A stretch of DNA of 57,397 bases, counting the filler, from Sphacelaria rigidula (lineage: Eukaryota): NCBI GenBank assembly GCA_964200075.2. It is 3 parts of 3 records of this genome, joined end to end, with 100 filler letters (N's around TTAATTAATTAA, not from the genome) between each part and the next. Parts side by side here need not be neighbours in the genome. Positions count along the whole stretch, not along the records: positions 1 to 19,068 come from CAXNAA020000736.1; positions 19,169 to 38,234 come from CAXNAA020000737.1; 1 more part is not named here. One strand, written 5' to 3'. Shown one piece after another: positions 14,150 to 25,992 of the stretch. The notes under the pieces are model-generated. The model did no database searches. It was not told the origin of the DNA and saw only the letters and a list, made by a program, of their open reading frames with translations. The translations under genes and the position numbers were made by a program. How positions within the stretch are numbered: the first letter of the stretch is position 1; every line of letters begins with the position of its first letter.

Positions 14150-15050
14150 TATTTATTTATTGGAGTGCCAGCAGACAATTTTCGAGTGAGATGCTTTTTT
14201 ACGATCCCAACGTGCCTCCGGGACATGACAAGGGCAGCATACGGAAGTGCCCGTTTCTGTCCGAAGTTACGAGAACGGCTACGACACTGTCTATGGAGAA
14301 ATAGTCGAGCTGGGACAGTATCGGACACGTGACATCCAAGCTTTGTGGAATTTCGTATTTTTCCTTGAAAAGTGTTGATATGAAAGGATCGAAGAGGAGG
14401 GAGAACCAACAGTGGTGGTACGAGGGTTTGCTGTGTCCGGCGTACTTGGTGTTCGTATCACCGGAGGGGCCCACTGCGCGCTTCCTTCGAAAATGGGCCT
14501 CTTGAAGTGTCCTGATGATCTGTGGTACACGTGTATGGCACGCTGAGTTCCACGAACGGTCGTCGCTGATCCTGGTCCTTCATTTTGTAGTCGCGTACAC
14601 GGTTTCCCATCAACGTCGAGGACTTCGATTAGTCAGCGGTCTCGACATGTTGAAAACTCTTCACACTCGCTTCCAGTTGTACGAATCGCGGTGAGCTCGC
14701 GAATGTTGAGGAAACAGGTTGCGGAATAGTAACAATGAACCAAGTCGTACCCCAACCGTGTTATTGAGTAGGGATATTTTGCTGGGATCGCACCCCCATC
14801 ATGAGACACCCCGCAAAATACATACGAGAATAACTGATGATTTCTATTGAATGTATCCTGAAAACGCCCAATTCGCCAAACCAGTTCATTACGCTTTTTG
14901 CACTCCAAACGAAGGTATTATGTTGACACTTCTGTCCCGAAGGTGTCACTTGACCACCGAATGTCTGAAGTACCGACGTGAAAATTCGGCACGAAAATAT
15001 TGCGTTGCGTGCCGCGAACACCGAATAAAAATATGGGTATCGGGGTAGTG
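14150..15050 (-). pseudogene. Possible decayed tyrosine recombinase
   Basis: Across frameshifts, the minus strand gives in order LMMGVRSQ (~14790), RDYKMK (~14585), KLGCHV[fs]R (~14330) and AALVMS..HVGIVKKH (~14200-14235). This matches the R...K...HxxR...H/W..Y order of tyrosine recombinases, but is motif-level evidence only and the final Tyr is not seen. Confidence 0.3.
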
Positions 15051-15569
15051 CGAGAAATCCTTGGAAAGAGTGATGCAGCACAACTTGGAGGAGGATGTCC
15101 CGTAATGTCATTTGAAACCGTGCACGATTGCGATGAATCAGACCGTGATTCAAGTCATGATCATCTTGTTGACCCTTCTGGACCCTATTGATGGTTTGAG
15201 TTTGTGTGAATCGGCATCATTTTCAGTCATTTTCATGTCGAAATGATGACGATTCACAGCAACAAAAATCGTTGAAGGGTACCCGAAGGGTCAACGCATC
15301 CAATATTATTTCCGTGCATCGTTCGTTTGTTGTACAGCTTATAACCTGTCGGGCCGAACAGTATACCGTCAACGGTACCTGTTCATGGGAACGTATTCAT
15401 CCCTATAAATGAAATCAAAATAAAATGATTGTGCATGTCAACAACCCTCAATTACATTGGGCGTGAATGGCATGTAGATGTATGACATGAGTGACTCCTC
15501 CGAGATGAATGATCGGCACATGACTGAATCCTCTCATCTCTTGAGCCCTCAATTAGGCGTACGTCGCTC

Positions 15570-15820
15570 ATGTTGTAATAAGGTTCTCCTGAGGTTTGAG
15601 ATTAGAGGATACGATGAAAAGTGAATGGTGAATGAATCGTTTCAGTTCTGCAATGCCCCTCCACGAGGCCTGATACGCTTTACGTTGTAGCTTGCCACCG
15701 AGGCTCTTGATATCCCTGAGTAGAATGTAGACGTGGAGCTGTAAGCACACGCTAGTGATGGAGGCGAAGAAAAGCGTACACGAAATGAAGAAATCGCCAG
15801 GTTAGAGCGGATTGGCAGAG
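15570..15820 (-). repeat. Decayed coding-like repeat homologous to about 30730-30985
   Basis: Nucleotide blocks ttagaggatacgat, tttcagtt, ccacgaggcc.gata.gcttt and cttgatatcc are shared. Minus-strand translations align (DIKSLGGKLQRKAYQASWRGIAELK vs DIKGLSGELLQKAYRASWMGNSELK). Confidence 0.75.
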
Positions 15821-16850
15821 GTACCCCCAATCAGCGCTCTCCTCTCAGTTCCACTAAAACAAAAAAATTGTTTAATGCGGTTGAGATTACTCCATTGCAT
15901 ATGCCACGCACCGTCGGGTGCATGCGCGACCAACAGTCGGCATATGGTTGAATTCTGTTATTTAATGGGGATTTAACTTGTGTGTACTCTGATTCGTCCT
16001 CGATTGTTCCCCCACTTTCACAACGGAGCTCGTATCGTCGGACGGAGCAAGGAATTGCTGTATGGACCTTGAAGAGAACAAAGTATCACGCCAGTCGGCA
16101 GGAAATTGATTTTTTTCTGTCCATGTATCCTTCTAAAAAAATGTGGGGGAAGTGCGCGTCTCTTGTACCGTCACAAATTCGCGGTTGGAGATCGCGAACG
16201 AGTGTAGTGCCGCAAAAACCTGAGTTTAGATTTTGCATACAAACAAGCTCTAGCTGTGCGATATCCCCCTATTGGGTTAGCTGTGCTCCGATAGATTTCT
16301 CGCTTGTGTGTTCCCCATTACTGGATCGGATTTCGTTTCCTACGTTTCCCTGGCGCCGTTGCTCGTTGTTTGCACGCGGTTGTCTTCAGCCGCCGCGCCT
16401 GCACCAGCAACGATTGCAGTGAAAGCGTGTACCGCGGTTCTTGTCCTGCCGTAGATTGTTCCGGCTTGATGGTTCCTGTGCAGGTTGCGATCATGGACGA
16501 ACACACAAGGGAGAGAAGGATCAGAGCACTGCTAGCGAAATAGTGGTATAGCCCACAACCAGAGCTTGTTGGAACTGCGTCAAAACTTGGCTCGGGCGTT
16601 CTCGGCAGTACACTCGTTGTCGACCTCACGTCTCAACATTTGTGAGGGAGGAACGGACGCGTACTTCCTCCGAATTTTTGTAGAGAGAACAATGGATGGG
16701 AATCAGCAACGGTTGAAACGAATCGAATCGTGATTCAAGTCATGTTCGTAATCCCAACGAACATATCGTAGGATTCATACATCAATTGTATACTATATAG
16801 CTTTTGAACTCTCGAATCGTGCAGTACACGGTCAACGGCACGTGTTCCCC

Positions 16851-17032
16851 ACCTCCCTTTTATATCGAAATCATATGCTTATATGCATCCTTTGAAGAAA
16901 TATGCAAAATAAATGGACCGTACATGCCCCTCACTGTTGACGACCTCCCTTTTATATCGAAATCATATACATATATGCATCCTACGAAGACATAGACAAA
17001 ATTAATGGACTGGACATGCCACTCACTGTTGA
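16851..17032. repeat. Tandem duplication, 2 x ~92 bp
   Basis: Both units begin acctcccttttatatcgaaatcatat (16851, 16943) and end ctcactgttga. Confidence 0.9.
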
Positions 17033-19068
17033 TTCCATGAGGCATGAACGGCAAATACATGCGCAACGTGTATGTTTTGTGTGAGACGAATGATGGGCAC
17101 AAAATTGAATCGTCTCCTTTCATGGGCCTTACGCTTACTTTTCTCCCATGTGTAATGCGGTTGAGATTACTACACTGCACATATTATCCACCGACGGGTG
17201 CATGCGCGACCTCAAGTTTGCATACCACTGGATCCTGTTAATTCATGAAGTTTTGTATGAACTCTGATCCGTCCCAACCATGCGACGTCAGGCGTGCCTG
17301 AGAAAGTCTTTCGAAAACGGGAATGATGTTGCGATGCTCCGTTAGTAGATGTGTACAGTCAAGAATGGTGAAGAACAAAGTCCCAAATCGTCGGACATGA
17401 GTCCACCGTCGATCGACTATCGCTCGAACGTTGATTTCGGCTCACCGTAAAAACCTCGCGCCACCCGAGGCATTTTCTTGTGTAGGATGAAAATGTTTGG
17501 ATTTTTTTTTGATTAGGTGTCGATTCGTGCGGCATGCGACACTCGATGCTGCGTTTGTGGGCGACAAAAACAACACCGAACCCGCCGCAAAACCGGAATA
17601 GGACACAGTATTGTTCGTGTCATGTTGATACGGACGGATCATCCCTTTGTCGGTTGATTTTCTGGAGCTGACTTCAGCCCACAGTGCGAACCCTTTATCT
17701 TACACATGTCTCGAGAAAAAATGATGCCGAAAGACAGAAAATAGATTTCACGTGACCGAAGCGAAGATGGGAATAGTTGCACGTGGATAACAGCTCCTTG
17801 ATACAACACAGGCTGCCAAGTCATCAATCACTTTTCGCCTTTCACGTGGGAGCCGCTCCAGACTCAAAATGGATTCGAGCTACAACCGCAACTCATGAAC
17901 AAAAAGAAATGGGCCACTATCCCTACATGCTGAGAATTCTTGAATCAAGGAGCATCCGTCCATCCCTTCTACAGTCTGGACAAGCTCTGTCTCAGCGTTC
18001 TAAGCGCCATATCGAGTAAATCGCACAACGCGGAGATATTTCTTGAGTAGTCTACACGAGACGAATCTTCACACGTTATGGTTACGTGCGGAGATGGGTG
18101 GTGCGATCATGTGCAATGCCCGGAAATGGTTAGTACGCTCGCCTTCACCTCGCGAGAGAATTATTTCACGTATTTCTTTGATCATGATGCAATGCGATCC
18201 GCCACACGAAATTTTGGAATTCTAGTCGTGATGCTGAGCTGCCCGATCGTTTACAACGCACAGCTCCGTTTGTAAACTGTCCGAGCGCAAACCTCTATTC
18301 CCCATCTCAACACAGGCTGGGCCAGCCTACGAATGGATTCTTACTCTGCAGGCGAATTCGCAATTTTTTTCTTGAGGTCGAAGGTGAAATTTGGCGTGGA
18401 CAATCAAAATGGCACAGAGAAAAGCCGTCTGTGAGATCCCAACGTTTTTTTTTCATTCGTGAGTTGAGGGCATTTTACTTGAAGCTCAAAACTGATTTTT
18501 GCCTTCAATTCACGGAAAAAAAGTTGTTGGCACCCCACAGACAGCTTTTCTTCATGACATGTTGATTGTCCATACCGAATTTCACTTCACAACTCAAAAA
18601 AATAAGTGCGGATTCACCTTTGAAAGACCGAGGCGGCGGAAATTCGGAACAGTATTGTGCAGGACGTTAATCGGTCCATGTTTGGTGTTTGTGGGTTGAA
18701 ACAGTGTGCGGGACCTTGCTACGTCGTGATGAACCAAGAAATATGGGAGAGGTTAGGTTTGATATTTTTCTTCACTGGTTGAGGGCGTTTTAGTACAGTA
18801 ACGATGATTTCGTTACGAGAGTGGCCGAACCTCTCATGAAAAAAAAAAAAGGCCCATTTTTTATACCCAGCGTACGTATCGTTTTCCATGCCAAGTTTCA
18901 AGTCACAGTTCTGAAAATTGAGCTGAAAAATTGAGACAGGGCCCAAAAGCAATGTCCATTTCCCCTTGAAACCCCATAGAAGCACTTGAAAATGTGAGAA
19001 AACGATTCCCCCCCCCCCCCCCCCCGCCCCTCAGTTCCACTCTGATCTTCCTCACTCTCTTCTGTACC

Positions 19069-19168
19069 NNNNNNNNNNNNNNNNNNNNNNNNNNNNNNNN
19101 NNNNNNNNNNNNTTAATTAATTAANNNNNNNNNNNNNNNNNNNNNNNNNNNNNNNNNNNNNNNNNNNN
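19069..19168. other. Assembly gap with artificial linker
   Basis: 44 N + TTAATTAATTAA (19113-19124, stops in all six frames) + 44 N = exactly 100 bp. Confidence 0.97.
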
Positions 19169-19172
19169 ACGG

Positions 19173-22100
19173 TGCTCCGTCTCAAAAGGGATACGTGATC
19201 AATGGCAAAAAGACTAAGGCAAGCAACAAATGAGTACGCCCCCCCCCCCCTATCAACATTATTTTCCTGCGGTGCAAGACGATAATTTTTCGACGCCGCG
19301 TGTTGGGCTCAAACAAACTCTGTGAACCGTTCACCCGCAGTTCATTCTGGGCCATAAAGGTTTGTGTGTTGATCTCGTAATCGTTTGTGCTCGTCCGTGC
19401 ATATGGTGTTGTTGTTGCGTTGTTCACGCCGGCAGGAGCCTGAAGGCTCGGAGTGTTGCGGGACAGGGTGCGCCAATTGTGTGTGGATTGACTACTGGTG
19501 AGAGGAGCCATATATACGTGGGAATGGCTGGGTATGCGTGCAAGCACTTTTCCCATCAGGGCTGTCGGTCAGGGCTTAATGTTCATGGCTGTAAGTGGTC
19601 CTTGAGGCAGATCACCTTGTTATTGCAGCTCTTGGTACGATGCCATGGCGGTTATTCATAGGATGTACGAGATCTGCATGAGATACTTGACAGAGCCTCG
19701 GGCCCTCTCGTTCATGTCACGAGTGAAATATTTCATCCACCAGATAGTTCCCTCTTCTTTTCCCGTGTATCCATGTGTTGGACATACGCATATACTCCGG
19801 AGTATATACTTATTGTGACCTTCCCATACACATACTTTCAAGAACCACCTCGAGACTGTTTTCTAGGGATTGCACCTACAGTTTGCGCTTGGCAATGTAC
19901 CTCGTTGCCGACGAACACAATTACGGGCGAAACCAGGCGGGAAACTGGTTTCTTGCCCTGCATCGTGGAGAATGTCCAGATGTTGTACATGTGCACCGTG
20001 CGCTGAATTTTTGTTTTAGTGGTATTTTAATTTCCTGTAAATTGCACTTCATAGGCATTTTATTTTGTATCTAAAGTTAAACATTATTTTTTTGTTTGTT
20101 TCCGATAATTTACTATGTAAGAAATGTTTTTAACTTCTTTATTAGTTATTTCATTTTTAGGGGTAATTGGTTTATCCTTTGTATCACTTACTCAAAATTT
20201 ATTGTGCACGGTGCGCCTGATTTCACTCACAGGGGGAGGGACCAAGTTACGTATTCTTCGATCCCACTCTGTTCACAGTTGGGCCCTTTGCTTGGCAAAT
20301 GACCGCAAGCAGTCGTGTTGGTGCAATGCATGACTAACGGTATGCGTCCTGCCACGCTGCTCGTTCGACTCAAAAATCCTCACGCCGGTTTCGGTAGGCA
20401 AGACCTCCAAGATTGGGAGGACGCGGAGAGAGCCCGAGAGCGCGAAGAAGCAGGGCGGCAGTAGCCGTTGGCGTGTGTTTGGCCATAGTGTACAGCAGAA
20501 ATCTTGGTGGTGTTTTATTTCGAAGAGAACTGAATGGTGGTCTCATGAGCAGGTCTTCCACCTGTTTCTGCTCCCATGGTTATTCAAGGTGATGAGACTA
20601 GAGTCGCCTGACTGTACATTTTAAGGCAAGCTGCTCGTCCGTTTCGAGTTATTTTGTGAGTCATACCTTACTTCGAAGTGCTACTTCATCTGCTGCTGGC
20701 ACCTTTGCCATTTGTCCCCGCTGATCTGTTCTTTTAGGGTTTTGTGTTGCATCCCGGGGAGATGAACTTCTCTGATCTCCAGTGCCCTTCTTAGCTTCAC
20801 TCGGTTGAACCCCTCTTGTCGAGGATCCGTCACGATTTTTCCCTTTTTCTTTCCTCATGGTTGCGTTGGGTTGATATTTGTGCAGCTCTTGCAAACTTTG
20901 GAGTTCAATCCACCCGCTCCATCACGAGTTGTGCTGAGCAGTGGTGAGCCCCGGCCTTGGCTTTTGTTTTCCGTGCGTGCATCTGAACTCGGTTTTTGAC
21001 GCTCTGTGCTCGTTGCCAGTCCTCTTCTGATGGTGAGCCCAGAGAAGCGCGACAACCTCGGTTGCACAAAGGTAACGCCGTCGCTGCAGAGTAAATGTTA
21101 CCCCAGTGTCGTGGTACGATGTTCAAAAGGTTTTGACTGGTTCATTCATTCAATGCGCTATTTCTTGCGTGCGTGTTCATGCACTTCCGTCGACCGCCGT
21201 ACGTGCTCTTGCAAACTAACTTTATTACCAAGGGGGCTCGTACCCCAAATCCTCAGAAGCCATAGCCACGAAGCCCCGTTTCGCCCGAAGAATGCCCGGG
21301 GGGTAGGCTACGCGAGCTACTGTGTCATTGCCGCCGTACCGAAGTTGTACAACCTTATCATCCAATGAACAAGGAGAAAACCCCCCGCAGCACGACTGAG
21401 GCTGTACAGCAACCCATATGAATTCGTGCCAGCTGCGAATGACGAACAACTGTGACCTAAAAAACAGCAAAAATACGCAGGTAACAGCCTTTACCGCCTG
21501 TTGCTCCCGTGTGAAGACTCAGACAAGTGCTCGGCCGCTAACACAGGGCTGTGAACGCGCGTAAGCAAGTGTTGACATGTCGGACAGCTCAGGAGCTACC
21601 TGAATATTACTTCTTATTAGTCTACTGATCCAGATCGCGAGCCTGTTCATTTGGCCCTTTTTCACACATTCGCTCCCTACAGCCCTGGACGCCGAGCACG
21701 CAGGGTAACGCAAAGGTAGCGCTTTGGCTTTTCGGATCCTGTTGCAACGTATTTCGTGTTTTTCGACAATGGATCCGGGAGTCCTCTTCCATTCGTTGTT
21801 TTCGGCAGAGCATGAGCTGTCCGACTTGTGCGAATTTTGAAAGACCCATCGTGTTTGCGTAAGAGCGGAACACGCTCCGAGTGTGTGAATGACAGAGCGT
21901 GGTCTCGTGGGCCAGGAAACGAGGTTTGGTGTGGTATGACGTGCTCGAACCTCACAAGGAGAAAAAACGATTCACGCGTACATGTACCGGTGAAAATGAA
22001 AAGCATCGCAGGTGCCACCCTACAGTACAGGCAGCCGTGAAAATACAGTACAGCACACACAGCTGATGAAAACCTACCCTATGTCCGTGCACAAACGCCA

Positions 22101-22361
22101 AGTGGCGTACTGCGTTCATGCTATGGTAATGGCACTTGGCGACGCGTGCAAGCCTACAGCATAAAAAACCGACAACACGCTGGCGTACTCGACTGTACTG
22201 ACTGCTGTTTGTACGCGGGCTCGAATCTGTGCATCAACCTCTTGAAGTCCCGGACCCCTAGCTGGACGCTACACAGACAGTCATCTTTTTTGGGGCGTAC
22301 TCATTCGTTGCTTGCCTTAGTCATTTGACCATTGACCACGCATCCCTTTCGAGACGGAGCA
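19173..22361. mobile_element. Putative TIR DNA transposon (about 3.2 kb, decayed or non-autonomous)
   Basis: 70-bp inverted repeats at 19173-19242 and 22292-22361 (TGCTCCGTCTC...GAGTACGCCCC, 7 mismatches). No intact transposase ORF and no clear TSD. Confidence 0.7.
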
Positions 22362-23675
22362 GAGCTTTTTTTGGGGGGGGCGGGGTTGAATGTTTGATTT
22401 CGGTGGAGATACAACATGGCATAGGCGGAGACCGTTGCAATGCATGTGCCGCTCATCCTCGATTTTCGTGCGTCAGCGGGGCCATTGCCAACGTCGTAAA
22501 TTTGAACAGCAGCGGTGACAGCGCGAGCCAGAACGTACAGCGTAGACGAAAAGAAAGACAGGCCAGGTCGAGGTCATACTCTTGGGCACCACCCTGACAT
22601 GTGACCATTTATCTACGAAGATGCCAGCACACAGTTCCCGTTTGAGCAGCAAGGTTTCGTGAGAGTACGACAATCTCAATCTCACCACTGCGGTTTCATG
22701 TGCGTTGCCTGTGTATTCAATTAACTTCCGCTCGTTGTTCTCAGTTGACTGTGGGAGATCGGGAAGTTTGTGATGCAATCTCACGCACGTAATCAAGCAA
22801 AATATCACCTAATTACACCCGCACGCGCCGCCTACAGCCAGTACACCCCGGACCAAATACGTCACACTGTCCAGTTGTTGAGCAACAGCTGTGTGTATTG
22901 ACCAGATACAGGCACTACCGTTGGCGCAATCGCGCCTACTGCGCTGTTTTTTAGTGGTCCATTCTCGTCCTAAGGCATCGCATGTTTTTTACTGCAGTGT
23001 TTCTCTCTCGTTTACATTCAAAAATATCTTTGACGCGCGGCATGTGCGCGTCGACGACCTTGTTAGAGTATCCGTTTTATCTCCACCAAAGCAACGAATC
23101 ATTGCTCAATCTCCCCTCCCTTGCAGTATACCGAACCCCGATCGTACTGTCACTCGCAACTGCAAGTATCCCGAACCGAGCACATCTACACGATGTATGT
23201 AACATGTAGCCCGCGTGGTGTCCGTTCGCCAGCACGCAATCAATTTGGGAATTGCGGTCCGCGTGGAATCTCTCTTGCTCCAAACAGTCACCGCAGCGGA
23301 TCTAAAAATTGTGGCGAACACGCACTGAGAACCAGCTTCGCACACCAGCAGCGACCCGTGAACAAGCCACGCGCGTTCGCCGACCATCTCATCCTATCTG
23401 TGCTGTAGCAAGCACTTGTTCGAATTTGAGATGCGGGGCAGTTACCGCTGGTTCGGCCAAACGGAGCAATGATGTAGACAAACGTCATTGATAACAATAA
23501 GAATAAAGTTGGTGAACAGCAACTTGAGCAGCGATCTTGGAAACGGACAACTCTCCCACGAAGGCAACTTGTACAGGACTCCTCCTCCACCGTGCTCTAT
23601 ACAAGCAATCGAACATCAAGCCTTGCAAACTGCTACATCAACTTTCTCTCTGTCTACGTGTACTCAGGAAATAGG

Positions 23676-25953
23676 ATGAAGGTCACTTGCGCGGCAGCAC
23701 TGGTGGGTATGGTGGGGGTGTCGGCTTTCCAGATGCCCATGCAGGCCCGGAATTTGGCTTCTCGCGCGGCGACCTCGGGCTCGAGCACCTCGTTGGCGGC
23801 TGTGCTTTCGAACGAAGAGGTGCGCGTGGAGGGCGTGGAGGAGGACTGTGCTGTATCGTGCTGGTCCATTATTTCCCGTGATGTACTGTACATTGGTAGG
23901 AGAAAGTAGAATGGCTGAATATTGGTGGTCGGGTCCGTGCGGGTTCAAGGTGTGTCTAGTTGGATGTGGGCGAGAAATATCTCATGTACGTTTGGCGCTA
24001 ATTCCAGCTGCAGTGCTCTTTATCATGTACTGAATGCTTTTCTGCGTATAGTGATGTACGTATCTAAATTTTGGGCGATAGTACAAGCGGGGGCGGGGGC
24101 GGGGGGGGGGGAAGGGGGGGGAAGGGTTCACCGCCCCAACTGGTCGCTTCTTCATGTGCGGCAGAATCGTCAAGCATGTCAGCCTCGCAGTAAGATTTGA
24201 AGCCGCGAAACCATGGAAACGTCGTACGCGGAGATACATGTGGTGTATCCGGCAGAGGGTGTACTTCGATGGAACAACGGACGTCTTCGAACAATCGGGC
24301 AGCTGCCGTTTTAAAATGATGAACGAACGCTCCACAATACTGAGGGAACATGCCAATAAGTTCAAGTATATATATATATATATATAGGGTTTTGTATAGG
24401 AGTCAAGAATTGAGTTGAGAGCGCCGTGAATCCGGAAGACAGGAGTCGCGTTTCGTTGACTACAATCGGCAACTACACTGTATCCCACCGCTGATTCGAT
24501 CAGAAGGTCGAGCGACGGTGCCGTGAAGCTCAACACCGTGAAAAAAGTAACCACGCGACCTTCGACGAAATCCGTCTCCCACCTTCGGCGTGCTTTCATA
24601 CTCTCATGAGATTCCAATATGTAAACGAACGCATATCTCTTGCGTACACAGATATCCTGCTCATGAGTACGTGCATGTATGTACAGCTGCGCCCGCTCAC
24701 ATCCGGTTGGTGTCTTGATGATGGCAGGCTATGGATTCGCTGAAGGCGATTGGGGGCTATGATGTTGAGACGATGGGGAAGCCGCTCGACCCCCTCATGC
24801 TGTCCAAGTACATACCAGCGGAGACTTTACGGAAGCACGAAACGGTGCACTGCCGAGTAGCTATGCTGGCTTGCGTCGGATATGCTTTCCCCCGTGAGTA
24901 CTTGATTTCCGCATGTTCTGCAACGTGTCTCGTAGATGCTGGAACCGTCTGCACGATCGCCAGGCGTGTTGGATCTCAACAACTGCGGCACAGCAACAGT
25001 CTTTGTAGGGGCCTTCCTGCCTGGGCAGTTTTACGGGCAGACGGATTAAACCACTGTTGACAGCTGGTACACTCGCGAACCTACTCGCCACCATCAGTGG
25101 AAGCACGGCGCGTTTGACATTCAATTTTGGAGTTAGATAACGGACACAACAACGATCCCCTAAGATGATTGTGTGCATGCGTTTCTTCATCGGGTTTCGT
25201 TGGTCACACGTTCATTTTTCGCAGGCTCATATGTGACATAACCTTTACGTAACCTTACTCGCTTGATAAATGACCCGGGCTGTCAACGCCGGGACCGTCA
25301 TCCTCCACTCCCTGTCAGTAGTACAGGGATGGTCATGCTATTGACCCTAGGACATGGGGGACATCGTGCCCACGTCTGTCACTCCATCATTTGTTCCAAG
25401 TCCTGCCCCTGCGAAGGTCACCATATTTAACTTTACGTCGTGTACCTACACGCCCCGTGCACCCCACACCAAGTGAGAAGCTGTCACCACACGGTCTCTG
25501 CCCTGGGCACGATAGACTGCACCCAACATCCACGAGTGGGAGTGCTCTTCGTCTTGGTCTACAGTAAGACTCGTTATTATTCGAGCAAAGAAGAGGGTAA
25601 CTCTTGGATGGTTTCGCTCTTCACTGTACCCCCTTGATATTTTCTTGTTCGGGAGACGACGGACGGACGCGGCCCTCTTTTTGCTCGGCTGATGGCGAGC
25701 TGTAAGGTTGGGTTTCTACAGTCGGTGCCGAAATAAACGTTTGATCAGCACTCGCGAACGATGGGTGCAGTCTATATATCTGACCCGGGACGAGGGGCTA
25801 GAAGGTGAAAGCTTCTGACTCGGTGTAGGGTGTACGGAGCGTGTGGCTTTGTGACGAGGACTCGGGAACAGTTGAGCTTTGCATGGGCAAGGCTTGGGAC
25901 AAGGAATGTAGCGACAGACGCGGACACAGTATGTCGTGGCCCGGAGTGAGGAA

Positions 25954-25992
<39 letters not shown>

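Larger units (their letters stand above)
15130..17270. repeat. Diverged direct repeats (about 15130-15990 and 16720-17270)
   Basis: Colinear shared blocks cgtgattcaagtcatg, cagta.ac.gtcaacgg.ac.tgttc, gaatgat.ggcaca and taatgcggttgagattact...cgggtgcatgcgcgacc. Confidence 0.75.

Noticed and set aside
19113..19124. Palindromic TTAATTAATTAA here and at 38279-38290 as a biological site (e.g. piggyBac target)
   Set aside because: It is centred in identical 100-bp N blocks, so it is an artificial six-frame stop linker.
21160..21270. RTCSCKL as a SWIM zinc finger of a MULE transposase
   Set aside because: The downstream CxH is missing and no DDE domain is evident.
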